Positions 11,843-25,092 of a stretch of 64,000 nt of DNA are shown here, one piece after another. The DNA lies in the NCBI GenBank assembly GCA_026770705.1, contig JANJGN010000013.1:42904001-42968000 (forward strand), written 5' to 3'. Each line of letters opens with the position of its first letter. Positions within the stretch are counted from its first letter, which is position 1. The notes below the pieces were generated by a model. It had not been told where the DNA came from. It was given only the letters and a program-made list of their open reading frames with translations, and ran no database searches. The stretch is from Isurus oxyrinchus. Taxonomy: Eukaryota. A program made the translations under genes and the position numbers.

Positions 11843-13084
11843 CCCTGCATGTTGTCATCATCCTCCACAAATCTGGCAGCTATGAGGGCTTCCCGAGCAC
11901 GCCTGCCTCATCTAGCCAGCGCAAGAGCCTCATCCCCATCATTGTCACCACCGATGGCCCCCTTACCTTCATCCCCGTCAGCATCCTCCTCATGGGAGGA
12001 GATGTGCAGCTCCTCCATCTCCTCCTCAGCCAGCTCCTCTCCCTGTTGCACTGCCAGGTTGTAAGGGGCACAGCAGATGATGATGATGCGTGATACCCTC
12101 TGCGGACTGTAGTGCAGGGCTCCACCAGACTGGTCCAGGCACCAGAACTGCATCTTCAGCATCCTGATGGTCTGCCCCACCAAGTTGTGAGCTGCTGCAT
12201 GAGCCTCATTATAGCACCGCTCTGCTGCAGTCTGAGGCCTCGGCACTGGTGTCATCAGCCATGGCCTCTGTGGGTAGCCCTTGTCCCCAAGGAGACAACC
12301 CTACAGCCTCTGTGGACCCTGGAAGACTGCAGGGATCTGTGACTGATTCAGGATGTAGGCATCATGCACACTCCCTAGAAACCATGCGCACACCTGCAGG
12401 ATTCATTTCTGATAGTCACATACCAGCTGCACATTCAGGAAGTGGAAGCCATTTTGGTTGATGAAATCTACCGAGTGTAGCAATGGAGACCTGAGCGCCA
12501 CATGGGTGCAGGCAATCACACCTTGCGTCTTGGGAATCCCGAGATCAGGGCGAATCCCTAACATCCTGGCCGTCCCGGTCCCGGGCGAAATGCACAAAGT
12601 TGTGTGCTATGGTGAAGGTGGCATTCATGATCTCATGGATGAATTTGTGAGTGGCGGATTGTGAAATCCCACAGAGGTCACGCATGGAGCTCTGAAAAGA
12701 GCCATTGGCATAGAAATTGAGCACCATGGTCACTTTCACAGCCAATGGCAGCAGATGCCCTCCATGTCCCCTTGGCACCAAGTCCTGCAGTAAGTGGTAG
12801 ATGTGAGCCACCAGGTCCCTAGACATGCGCAGTCATCAGCAACACTGGTTCTCAGTCATCTGCAGGAATGGCAGACGATGTCTATAGACCCAGGGCATCG
12901 CTTGGCGCTGACCAGCCGCAGCTCGCTGTTGCCCCTGGGCAGTATGTGCAGGATCTCCTGCTGCCCCTTCTTCACGAGGTTGCTGCTCCTGCCTTTGTGT
13001 AGCCAGGAGCCTCAGTCACTCTCTCCTCTGTCTTCCACGGTCTCTGTAGGCCATCAGGCGTAAAGCTAGGTCACCAGGATCCAT
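11843..13084 (-). pseudogene. Harbinger DDE transposase (HARBI1-like), frameshifted
   Basis: LNFYANGSFQ..GDLCGISQS-like motif, IACTHVALRSP (from IDCTH), [52 protein letters not shown]. Confidence 0.9.
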
Positions 13085-14285
13085 GATTCTGACGTGGTCC
13101 GCCTGCAGCATGAAAGCGAGAGAGACGTGTTTATCATGGCTGTGCTTAGCGCCTTTCCTGGCCTAGTATGACTGCCTCTTAATGCTTCCCGGAGAGTGCT
13201 GGTCACCCCTCGGATGGTCAGAGATGAGCGCGCTGCATGGCTGCCCTGTCAGCCTACGTCACGGTGGACACTGGTCCAAACCAGGATGCTGAGATTGCAA
13301 GGGGCTGTGAGCTCCTCCAGCAGCAACTGTTATGTGACCAGCACTGGCGAGGAGATCGCACAACATGTGCAGTCCTACTGATCTGCGGTCCAATAAAGTG
13401 GTGGTGGACTCGAAGTCTGCCTGGGGGTTAGGGCTAGTGGTGGGGGCTAAGGAATGGAGCACTTGGTGGCCCTTTGATGCACCTGCATTGCATGGGTGGA
13501 CAGGTTAAGAGTCCAAACCCAATCATATAACTGTGGCTGTGCTTGATCTGTCTAAGTTGCAGAGGCATGGTCAGTTGATACAGGCATCCCTAATGCGTGG
13601 CCACTTCCCCTACCCCAGCCCCCTGCCCCACCCTCCCCTATTGCCTTGTGCAGGATGCACCGACAGCAGTCGCCTCCGAGGATGGCTAGCACTTGCCCCT
13701 GGACACCACCCCCTCCCTCAGCAGTTGCCTCCAGAGCTAAGCATTAGTTGCCCCCGACCCCACCGGTGCCCCTGAGACCTGCATTCAATGGGCGAGCTGT
13801 GGAGAACGCTGCTGATCACTCACCTCAGTTCCCCCAAAGTGAAGGCCGCCAAGTGCACATCGCCTGCGCGCTGTTGTAAAACACATCGGCGTCCATTACC
13901 ACCACCATGGACAGATGATATGGCAGGGTTCCAGAGCCTGGTGAGATGGCCTTTTAATTATATGCTAACGTATTACAATTATCTCCCCACTGACCGATGA
14001 TGGGAAACATGGCCCGCCATTGGCCGAGCGGATGATCGCGACCTGCCTTCACACTGTCATGAAGCAGATTGCGCCATATTTTCCGCGTGCGCCACCTATC
14101 ATGCCGGCTGCCAGCGGGCTGGAAATTTCCGCCCTAACTGTCTGTCCACCTCTTTCTGTAAAGAGGATAATGGTGGTTATTCTGTCAATCCCCTAATTTT
14201 TATTGTTAGGTCTTCACAGGCTGGGGATTGCAATCTTTTTTATCAAGTGGCAATTGTGGTTTTACACTAAGGCTATTATCTTATT

Positions 14286-14501
14286 TGGCAGCATCGGCGG
14301 AGAAGAAAAGAGTTGATGTTTCGAGTCCTCATGACCCTTCGACAGAACTGTTCGACAGTTCTGTCGAAGGGTCATGAGGACTCGAAAGGTCAACTCTTTT
14401 CTTCTCCGCCGATGCTGCCAGACCTGCTGAGTTTTTCCAGGTAATTCTGTTTTTGTTTTTGTTTTGGATTTCCAGCATCCGCAGTTTTTTTGTTTTTATA
14501 T
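14286..14501. mobile_element. Short fold-back Penelope terminal insertion with two inverted hammerhead motifs
   Basis: Palindrome 14286-14420 (66-bp arms, 2 mismatches, 3-nt loop); TSD CTATTAT(C/T)TTATT at 14273-14285 and 14502-14514. Confidence 0.9.
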
Positions 14502-14514
14502 CTATTATTTTATT

Positions 14515-14655
14515 TTGCTGTCATCTTCAAACTTAGCTATAATACCTTTTATTCCTGAATCCAAGTCATTAGTATAGATTGTAAATAGCTGGGGCCCAAG
14601 GACCAAACACTGTGACACCCCACTAGTTATAGCTTGCCATCCAGAAAAAGAACCA
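14515..14655 (-). mobile_element. CR1 LINE RT fragment
   Basis: GSFSGWQAITSGVSQCLVLGPQLFTIYTNDLDSG..AKFEDDSK. Confidence 0.85.
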
Positions 14656-14684
14656 TATATTAAATAATATATTATAGCATTGGC

Positions 14685-16135
14685 TATAACATTCCAAAAT
14701 TCTCTGGATTCTGGCAAGGTTCCAGTGGATTGGAAAAATGCTAATATAATGCCCTTTTTCAAAAAGGGGGGGGGAGGCAGAAAGTAGGAAACTATAGACC
14801 AGTTAGTTTGGGAAATTGTTGGAATCCATAATTAAGGAAGTAGTAATGGGGCATTTGGAAAGTCAAAATGCAATCCATCAGAGTCAGCATGGTTTCATGA
14901 AGAGTAAATCATGTTTGACTAATTTGTGAGAGTTCTTTGAAGATGTGACAAGCAAAGTGGATAATGGGGATCCTGTAGATGTAGTATATCTGGACTTCCA
15001 GAAGGCTTTTGATAAGGTGCTGCACAAAAGATTAATACACAAGATAAGATCACACGGAGTTAGTGGTAATACATTAGCTTGGATAGAGGATTGGCTAGCC
15101 AACAGAAAGCAGAGAGTTGGGATAAATGGCTCTTTTTCTGAATGGCAAGTTGGAACTAGTGGGGGGCCACAGGGTTCGGTCCTTGGGCCCCAACTATTTA
15201 CAATCTATATTAATGATTGGATTCAGGGATAGAGGGTACCATAGCTAAATTTGCAGATGACACCGAAGTAGGTGGGAAAGCAATGAAGAAATAAGAAATT
15301 TACAAATGGATATGGACAGGTTACGTGAATGGGCCAAAATTTGGCAGATGGAGTTTAACCTGGATAAGTGTGAGGTTATCCATTTTGATCTGAAGAATAA
15401 CAAAGCAACTTCTTATTTAAATTGAGAGAAACTTCAGAATGCATCAGTGCAGAGGGATCTGGGTGTTCTCATGCATGAAGTGCTGAAAGCTAGTATACAG
15501 GTACAGCAGGTAATAAGGAAGGCAAATGGAATTTTGGCATTATTTGCTAAAGGAATAGTATATAAAAATAGAGGAGAGTTGTTGCAACTGTACAAGGCAT
15601 TGGTGAGACCGCATCAGGAGTACTGTGCAAAGTTTTGGTCCCCTTACTTGAGGAAGGATGTAGTTGCATTGGAGGCATTTCAGAGGAAGTTCACTAGATT
15701 AATTCCAGAGATGCGGGGCTTGTCTTATGAGGAGAGATTGAGCAGTGTAGGCCTATACTAGCTAGAGTTTAGAAGGATGACAGGAGATCTAATTGAGATA
15801 TATAATATGCTGAAGGGGATAGACAAAGTAGACGTGGAGTGGATGTTTCCCCTTGTGGGGCATTCTAGAACGAGAAGCCATAGTTTTAGGCTAAATCAGA
15901 GATGTGGAGGAATTACTTTTCTCAAAGGGACGTGAATCTGTGGAATTCACTACCTCAGACTGCAGTGGATGCCGGGATGCTGAATAAATTTAAGGAGGGG
16001 ATAGATTATGGGGAGAGGACGGGAAATTGGAGTTGAGGCCAAAATTAGATCAGCCATGATCATATTGAATGGTGGGGCAGGCTTGAGGGACTGAATTGCC
16101 TACACCTGCTCCTAGTTCTTAGGTTCTTATGTTCT
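14685..16135 (+). mobile_element. CR1 LINE, 5'-truncated ORF2 and 3' UTR
   Basis: VPVDWKNAN, QHGFMKSKSCLTNL, VYLDFQKAFDKV, GPQGSVLGPQLFTIYIND, KFADDT, LYKALVRPH; TTCTTATG-like octamer tail. Confidence 0.93.
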
Positions 16136-17549
16136 ATATTAATGCATCATAAGGCAGCCCTAATTGGAAACAATAACTTGTGCCTTATCCACTTTTACAT
16201 GCAAGGGCAAAACCACTAACCTCTTGACTTTAAGGAACTAAGGGCATGACATCCAACAGCATTTTTTGAAGATGGTAAAATCATAAGCTTCATCAGAAGT
16301 TATTTATAATGAAGAGTAAGTCATGTTCCCAACCTAATGGACAAATGGAGGCAGGAGAGGAGGGGTGCAGAGACCACAATAAACTAACAATGCAAACTCT
16401 TTTCTGAAATTATTAATTAAATATGGACCAAACGTATTGTTCAAATTATTATGAGACTTATTATGGGTCCAAGAATCAAATAACATCTGCTTTTTCAATG
16501 ATAAATTTCATTAAAAGTAGTCCCTAATAATAATATAAAATTAGTAACATGCAAAGCAGAAATATAATACAGAAAATATCTGTAATGCTTTTTAAGTTTT
16601 TCCAGATGCAACTTCAGATATTGCACAAATTCTCATTACCCTGTCTCACATTTTCAAAATGCACGCTTTTTTTTAAGAAAGCTGGAACGACAGCAAGGGC
16701 CTATTGTGCAACTTCTGCTTCCAATGTCGGCTGTTGGCTACGAAGCCGAGGAACCAAGATCTCAGGGACCCAACCTTTAAAAGACCAACGATGCAGAAAC
16801 ATAGATGTGCAATCAGTAGAGACAGTCCCCCTGCATGTGGTGTAGGTGATGGAGAATTTGGAGAAAACACAACTCGCGCCTACAAGGCGATGCAGGAGCG
16901 ATCTAGTCGATCTGGTCTAATAGCATAATGGCATAGGTCATTCTGATGAAGTATTTGTGTCATCTATCTGGCAGTACAAAATGAAGGAGATAACCCCAGT
17001 TTTGACATTCAATCAGTATATTAATCTGATGATGCATCAGCACACTTATTTAAATATTGCTGACTTGGGGGTGCTGGTTTGTGCATTGAGTCAGCACACT
17101 TAAGTTTTTCACTTCTGGCAGTTGAATTAGAATCAAACCCAGACAGTGGGTTGAAAGTCCACCCTATCATTCCTGGCTCTAGGAGACGATAAGTTTCTAA
17201 AGCGTCAAACCACTTCCAACTGTATATGCATCCACAGCATAAAACTGCTCATATTCCCGCATAAATTAGCATGAAAATGGCAATTTACTTCAATTCACAG
17301 GAACGTTGACATTGTGCGGAGTGCTGTAATAGATTAAACAATAGTGAGCAATTTAAAAGAAGCATTAGTCTGAACTCAGCCGTGTCGTGCCTAATATGAA
17401 AATGCTCCAAGTTAACACCAAATATCAAAGATGGAAAGTGCTTGTGAATCCTGCTGTTCTCCCACTAGGCTGAGGACTAAACTTCATCAAAGTGTCTACC
17501 TTTCTGAAAAGCCTTGTTTTCAGAATAGTGTAACTATTTCTCAATAATG

Positions 17550-18142
17550 AAGCTGAATTTTCCCAGTTGGAACGTGATCCCGATGTCAGGGACCAGGAAG
17601 TGGCCATACGAGATGTCAATTGAAATCTTCCCAGTGGCGGCCAATTAAGGAGCCGCCTCTAGGAACCCCATGCAATTGAGGATGGTGGGCAGACCGAGGA
17701 AGCAGGAGGCCCAATACAAGGATGTGCAGCTTTAGCTGACTGGTAGCCCCACTGGGGGAAGTTGGGCACAACTGAAGTAGGCAGGAAACCATGAGGGTGC
17801 CTCAAAATTGAGGCACTCTCTGCAGCATGGGAAAAAGAATTAAATATCCTGCATAAGGATATGCCACAGCTGTCAGGCCATCTATGTGGAGGGGGAGCCG
17901 TTCCACAGAATATGGCTTGTGGCCATGGCTGCGACTACCGTATCCCAGCAGGTCCATGATGCAGTGATCAAGTGGAAGCACTGATAGGCTCCCAGCCTAC
18001 CCCTGGGAGGCCACCTCCAAGCTGCAGCCAATCTCCCAACTCATCCTTAGTGGGACATGGCCCTTAGTTGGGTAATTAGTTACCCGCTGCTGCTGAAGAG
18101 CTCCAGAACTTCGTCTAGCATGGGGCTGGGAAAATTCAGTCC
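17550..18142. mobile_element. Non-autonomous Harbinger-type element (MITE)
   Basis: Inverted termini CTGAATTTTCCCAG / CTGGGAAAATTCAG with a 3-bp ATG duplication. Confidence 0.7.
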
Positions 18143-19441
18143 ATGACGGCCAAATATTTCAAATCAGGCACAAGCTTGTAACTTCCTCCTGAAACAAATG
18201 AAAATGTTGTCAATATATGTTCTATATGGGGGAAGATACAACTTGCAAAAGGACTGAGCACCTTACAAGTCAATCGCTGGGCAGAATTTTCTATGTTCAC
18301 TGACGTCAGGCATGAGCGCACAATATGGTGGCAAGGCCAAAAATTGGTTTCACATCATCATGAAACACTTTTGTAACCATCCACTCTGCCGGTCAATGGT
18401 GGGCAGCGTTTCCTGCTGCCGGACATTGGGAAGTTCATTGTAATATAACTGCATATAATTATAGGCCCAGCTCGCTGGAATCGGCCCCCCACAATGGATC
18501 ATCCGAGCACGTCTGTGTTTCATAACAGCATATATAAGGCTTGTACTGACGAGCTGCATGTCGAGGGGAATTCAGATGTCAGTACACAGTAACAGTGCAC
18601 AGTGCTCGCCTCTTGGACTCAAGGTTGAGGCACCATGCATTCAGGCGAAGGAACAGGCAGGTTGGCTAGCTGACAGTGCGGTGCCGGGGCAAAGATCTGT
18701 CCCATGGTTGAGGTGAGCTGGGTGAGGGGTGGGTAGCAAGTGGCAAGGGCTGCCCTGTGGTTGATGGTAGTGCACAAGGAGGTGCAGGGGGCAGGGAGGG
18801 AAGTGGCCATGCATTAAGGAAACCTTATATAAACTGACTAGTCCTCCGCAGCTGAGACAGTTCAGGCACAGCCACATTGACATGCTTGGAGTCAGGTCTC
18901 TAGCTTATCTGCCCACTCAAACAACGCCGAGGCCTAGCAGTGCCACCAAATGCTCCAAAGCTCTTCACCCCTCAGGCACAGACTGTAAATTAATAAGCAC
19001 TTTAGTGGACTGCAGAACAATTGGATGATTGCGCACGTTGTACAATTTCCTTGCGAAATCTGGCCATGGAGCAGACACTGGTGGTGGCGCTCACAGCTGC
19101 TTGCAATGTCATCATTCTGGTTTGGACCAGTCTCCCCCATGATTCAAGCTAACAGTGCAGCCTTGCAGCACGGGTTAGGAGAATACCTGCGCCTGAGCTG
19201 AGAGCACAGTATGCAATCTAATGGGCAAAACTGCCGCCAATCTGTCAGGTGAAGTGGGGCCGATGTGGGTGGAGTTTCAGGCAACCATGCAGCGCACTAA
19301 ACTCTGGCCATCCAAGTGGTGGCCAGCACTCTCCAGGATGCGCTAAGGGGCCTTCACACTTAACCAAGACAGGTTCTTAGGAGACCCAAGCTAACCCATG
19401 CATCTCTGTCTTTCATCCTGCAGGAGGAGTACATCAGGAGC

Positions 19442-20613
19442 ATGGATCCTGGTGAACTAGCTGTATGCCTTGTGGCATACAGAGAGCAGAGATGAAGCAG
19501 AAGAAAGTGCAGAGGTACCTGGCTGGGCAGAGGGAGGAGAAGCACCCTCAGGAACAAGGGGCGGCTGGGCTCCCACATGCACCGCTGGACAGCCACAGGG
19601 AGCCATCGCTGGTTGTCGTCTAGCTAGGCCCAGGGTCTATAGACGCCACCTTTCATTCCTGCAGGTGACCAAGTACCAGTGTCAATGCAGACTGTGCATG
19701 TCTAGGGAATTGGTCGGTCATATCTGCCACCATGGAGGGCATCCACTCCAGTGGCTGTAAAAGTGACCATGACGCTCAATTTTTGTGCCAGTGGCTCCTT
19801 TCAGTGCTCCACAGGTGACCTCTGTGGGATATCACAAGCCTTCACCCACAAGTGCATCCATGAGGTCACAGACGCCACCTTCATGTTGGCGCACAACTTT
19901 GTGCATATCGTCTGGGACCAGGAAAGCCAGGATGTAAGGATGCTGCGATTTGCCATTGGTGGAGGATGCCACTGACTGCATTCATGTGGTGCTCAAATCT
20001 CCATGGCAACAAACGGTCAACTATGTCAACCACAAGGAATTCCATTTGCTGAATTTGCAGCTAGTGTGCGACTAGCACAAACATGTCCTGCAGGTCTGCA
20101 CAGGGTTTCCAGGGAGAGTCCACAACTCCTACATTCTCAGTAGGTGTCAGATCCCTGATGTATTCCGGGTCCACAGCAGCTGCAGGGTTGGCTTCTCGGG
20201 GATGTGGCTGACAACATCTGTGCGGCAGCCTCAGACTGCAGCAAAGAGAAGGTGCAACAGCTTATGCTGCAACTCACACCTTGGTGGAAGAAACCATCGA
20301 GATGCTGAAAATGAGGTTACGGTGCCTGGACCGGTTTGATGGAGCCCTGTAAAACTGTCCACAGAGGGTGCCACACATCGTTGTCGCCTGCTGTGCCCTT
20401 TACAACCTGATGCTGCAACAGGGAGGGGAGCTGGCTGAGATGGGGATGGAGAAGATGCACATCTCCTCTAATTAGGAAGACAGGGACGACAGTGAGAGGG
20501 TCCTCAAAAGCAAGGATGACGGTGATGAGTCCATCACACTGGCCAGATGAGGGAGGTGATCTCGGGAGGCCCTCATTGCTGCTAGATTCATGGAAGATGA
20601 TGACGACATGTAG
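19442..20613 (+). pseudogene. Harbinger DDE transposase, disrupted
   Basis: MDPGEL start; VAVKVTMTLNFCASGSFQCSTGDLCGISQAFTHKCIHEVTDA; many frameshifts and deletions. Confidence 0.88.
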
Positions 20614-21329
20614 TGAGGAGGCACCACAGATCCTCACATTGCATCTATGAATATTTGCCTCTAGTCTGGCTGATGGCAGTGCATGTATCCCCTGTGTTAA
20701 GGCTCCTGTCATGGATACGCAGTGGAGGCCCTAATAGCCACAGGAGTATGATGATGACATACAGTGAGGACACTCCATAGATCTTCACATTGCTTCTGTG
20801 AATGTCTAACTCCTGTCTGTCTGAGGGCAGTTTGCTTGCGCTCTGATCAGGGTCATATCATAGAGATGCATTCATGAAACTTTAAAAGCATTTGATCTTT
20901 TGTCCGCCTTCAGCACATGACACCTTCAGGAGCACCGTGTCACTGGTCACAGATGCTGAAGAGATGGGGGCCAGTCCCACCTTAAAGGTGCTGAGAGCAC
21001 ACAGAGAGAACAATGGAACTCTGTGACCCCTGCCCACTACATTCTGGCAGCAATGACATGCACCACCGAGGTGCAGGCATCAGTGATGTGTCCAGCAAGC
21101 GTGAGGCTGGACCGTCACTTTGGTCTGAAGGTTACATACTACACAGGGAAGAGGCCCTGGACAGAGACACCTGCCTTTATCTAATGCAGGAACCAAGGTT
21201 TCACATGAGTGACACAAGCACTACTCATCAGAACAAGGAGGCATAGGCAAGGAGACACTCTTGGAAATTTATTTACAATAGGGAGCATTTTGTACATGTC
21301 ATTAATAACTGTGCCCAGGCCATTCAACT

Positions 21330-22993
21330 ACGTCTCTTAACCTTCCTAACCCTGCTGCTATGTCTTGGTGCTCCCCTGATATCCACAAAGGGGATGGAGG
21401 CAGCCTGCTGACTGCTACACCCTGTCTGTGATGACCTTGAAGGGGGTCCTCTAGAAGGCCGAGACCTGGGTCCTGCTGTGTGGCAGTGGCACCCTCCTCA
21501 GCCTGTGGCGTTGGAGCTGTTGGGGTCACAGGAAGAGGGGACTTGGATGGGCCAGACACTCTCGGAGTCACCTGGGCAGATGGCCCCGGGGTGTGCACTT
21601 GCTGATCCTACTCCCTATGAGAGCCCAAGGGTCCCAGCTGACTCTTTGCAAAGAAGGGAAAGCTGGAGTAAGATCGAGCTGCCCTGCGACCCTCTCACAT
21701 TGACAGTGTTGGAGGCCAACAATGGCTTCAGCGATCGAGTTCAGCCGGCACAGTAGTGCAGGACTGATGTCTTGGACCAAGGTCTCCATGGCGGCAGCCA
21801 TCCTAACAGTGCTAACTTCGTGGCATGCCTGTGCTATCACCTCAGACTGAAAGCAGATGGACTCCTCCATTGTGCCTTGCAATCTGAGGAGAGCATTGGA
21901 CATCTTTCTGATGTTCCCGAGCTTGAATTTGAAAATCCAGCAACTGAGGAATGACCGAATCTAGAGATTCCTCATCTGACTCAGTTTCAGCAGATTTCTG
22001 GCCTCCAGCACTCCTCCGTGCTGGAAACCTGGGAAGTCCCTGCCGCCGCTGCTATGGACCAGACTGTGCAATGTGCTCACCAGATTGTGACTCCAAGGCT
22101 ACTCCAGAGCTAGGTCCCACTGAGGTGTGTGTCATTGCGCTGGTGGAGGGTGTGGGTTAGTGCTGTGTCAAGCATTCAATTGGGGCTTCAGCAGATTCTC
22201 TTCCGAGTTGTCTTCGGAGTTTGAGTCAATGACCTCGGTTGTGGACTCTCTCGGCTGTTTCTCAGATGTGCTTGCCAAAGCAAGGAGAGATAATTAGTGC
22301 ATGGGAGTGGCCTGTGAAAGAGGACACATCACCCATAGCATGGTTGTCTGATGGATGTTTCACTGCTGGACCCTCACTTGGTAGAGCATCGGCAACCTCA
22401 CCATCTGCTCAGGAATGGTCCAGATCTTCACCAACTAGCTGTATGACTCAATTTTCAAAGTTCATGAGGACCTTGATTTCTGACATTCCTCCACCGGTCT
22501 GCGACCTCTCTCTTTTGTTGTGTGCCGGCTTGTCCTGCATGAAGATAGATGGAGAGATTGTAAGCAGGACACATGCCAGGCCAGATGATAAGTATGCCTG
22601 GCATTTGTGGGTGGTGAGTGGTGCCATGGATGGGATGAGGACCATGAAGATGTGTTTGAGAGAGTGAATGGTGATGTCCCTTGAACTGGTAGTGAGTGAG
22701 ACCCCTGTGGATATGTGATAGGTTTGTGAGTGTATGAGTTGAGAGTGATGAGGAGTGACTTATCTTGGTGGAACAGAGGAGATCATTCATCCTCTTTCAG
22801 CACTGGGTTGTTGTTCTCTATTGAAGTGCATTGGCGCTGACCACCATTACCACCACCTCCCAAGCTGGATTGGTGACGTTGCTGCCCCTCCTGCAGCCAG
22901 AGGAGAGGGTAGAGGACATCACCGCAGCCTGCGTGGCATTCAAAAGGCATCACTGAATCTGGGGGCTGCAGTCTTCTTACCTTTCAGGGCCAT
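21330..22993 (-). pseudogene. Harbinger Myb/SANT-like gene, disrupted
   Basis: MALKGKKTAAPRFSDA exon 1; DKPAHNKRERSQTGGGMSEIKVL exon 2; last exon similar to 10357-11289. Confidence 0.85.
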
Positions 22994-23410
22994 GTCTTCT
23001 GTGCAGTAGTCCTGGGCTGGAAGCACCAGAGAGGTGTGAGCATGGCTGCATTCTAAACATGGCGCCTGGCATGAGGAAGCAGCGAGATGACAGCATGGCG
23101 GGTGAATGAAAGCCCACCCACCATCAAAATGGTGTCTTTCCCAGAAATGTATGATTAATGGGGCGTGTCTGGGATGATGCAGTGTGAAAAACCCACCACT
23201 GTGGCTTGCGGGTAAATATTTCATTTCCAGCCCGCTACCACACTGAGTGCAAATCTGGGACAATTCTGCCCACTGACCTGGAAGAGCTTCAGGCCAAATT
23301 TATTCAAATAGTTAATCCACACAAGGAAACCAAAGCAAAGGTTTTATTAAGTAAATAAAAATAAAAACCAGCCGTGGACCTGGTTAATGTCTTAACAAGT
23401 GCCTCAGGCC

Positions 23411-23908
23411 AAACTCTGTCAGTAGTTTCTACAGATCAGTTTAAGCTGTTGGTAAATACACAAAGAAGCCTACTCTGGACTCCACATTACAACTACTCCA
23501 CAGAAATTTTTATTTTTACTGTGGGACATTAGTTAATATTTTATCTTACTCCCCTTCTACAAGTAAATATAAAATTTGTGATTTGTGATTTCAAATAAAA
23601 TGGCAGCTTCATGCACTGGTTCAGCGGAAGGAGTCTGCCCAATGTATCCATGCTACATAGTGCTAATTAGCTTCACCTTCACAGCAGCAAGTATTCCCTG
23701 TAGCAACTTAACTGACCCTTATTGTACACAAAGGAACTTGCTACCCCAATTTAACACAACACACTGTATATAGCAGTTGTGACTTTGGTAATAGATATTT
23801 CTATTACATCATCTGAAAATACTATATAGTTTCATGAGATACCAGCATCAGTGGCAAGATCAGCATTTGTTTCCCATCCCTAATTGCCCTTGGGTGGGTT
23901 TTGGTTAT
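23411..23908 (+). repeat. Local direct duplication, copy A
   Basis: Aligns end to end with 25093-25593; core 23658-23772 is identical. Confidence 0.95.
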
Positions 23909-24408
23909 AACAAGGTTCAAAATGTTAATGAGAAAAGATTATATTAATGAAAAAATAATGCTTCGATAATGACTAGTTTCAAAAGCTGTAACTTGTGAGA
24001 AGAGTGGGGCTGAATTTTAGTCGGATGTCTGAAGTCACCTCCCACCCACCACCCCACCATACACCATCCACCACCCCCCTCCACCCCGGAGCCAAAAGCG
24101 AGAAGCGACCCTACTTCGGCTGGCAGTGGGACCCGGGAAGATATGAACTGGCAGTGGCCTATTAAGTAGCCACTGCTGAGGCTGCCATCCACTTAAGGAC
24201 AGCAGCCTGCCCTGTCCGCCCCACCCCAATGTTACTCCATTGCTAACAAAGGACCATTTACATTTTTTTAATGAGGAGGTCAATAACCTGCAATATGTGT
24301 GAAAAGGGGATATTCACTGAATGAACTCATTACCACCAATATGAGGGCCAATATCACGAAAGGACTATAGCTATGTGGCTATAATGTTCATGCTATCATG
24401 GAGTCAGT

Positions 24409-25043
24409 GGGCTTGATTTTATATCCACAAACCAGGTGGGCCACTCCCCCTGCGCAAACATAATATAGGGTGTGATGACATCAGGTCGGGTCATTCTGAA
24501 ATAACTAATTAACCAGCTATTGAGCATGTTAACCACCCAATGGTCGGAAACTTTTCATTGCCCACAGCATTTTACAGGCATTGGCCATGAAAATGTTTGG
24601 GAGTGTTTTTTGGCAGCCAGGATGGGGTGGCACAAGGGCAGAATAAAAGGCCTTCCCCGGGACCTTGGCTGAATGTAGCAGCAGGTTCTGGCAGTGGAGG
24701 TGAGAGTGTCTCTGCGGTTTCTTTTAAACACATTTTTGAGGTTTTATTGAGCTTTCAATAAAAAGTGATGAGATATTCAGAGGGGGTCTTTAAACCTGTA
24801 GCTGTGACCTACTTCTTGTTCATGGCATTAGGTCTCTGCTTCATGACATCAAGTCTATGATTCCACTTTGATGTGGAGCCACCCCCCCTCACACCTCTAA
24901 TTAGCCTTCGTCCCACTGGACGGCCTCCAATTGGCCATCTGACGCTTGATTGGATGAGCCGAGATGGTGAGGGGAGGAGCAAGTGAGCCATTCAGTATCC
25001 ATTCTGCCTCCCTCACCCTGCCGAGAAACGTAAAACCCAGCCC
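24409..25043. mobile_element. Non-autonomous Harbinger-type element
   Basis: Termini GGGCTTGATTTTA / TAAAACCCAGCCC; flanks AGT/AAT. Confidence 0.6.
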
Positions 25044-25092
25044 AATGTTTCTGAATGACTTTCAATGTTGATTTAACCCAAACTGATGATGG

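Larger units (their letters stand above)
9357..14134. mobile_element. PIF/Harbinger DNA transposon, full length but decayed (copy 1)
   Basis: TIRs GGGCAGAATTTTCC / GGAAATTTCCGCCC (12/14 match); TAA TSD at 9354-9356 and 14135-14137; two convergent genes. Confidence 0.92.
18279..23271. mobile_element. PIF/Harbinger DNA transposon, full length but decayed (copy 2, opposite orientation to copy 1)
   Basis: TIRs GGGCAGAATTTTC / GACAATTCTGCCC; flanks GCT/ACT; colinear with copy 1. Confidence 0.9.

Noticed and set aside
23585-23773. 62-aa ORF retained in both duplicate copies
   Set aside because: Non-ATG start and the differences are amino-acid-changing; retention is explained by nucleotide identity of the core.
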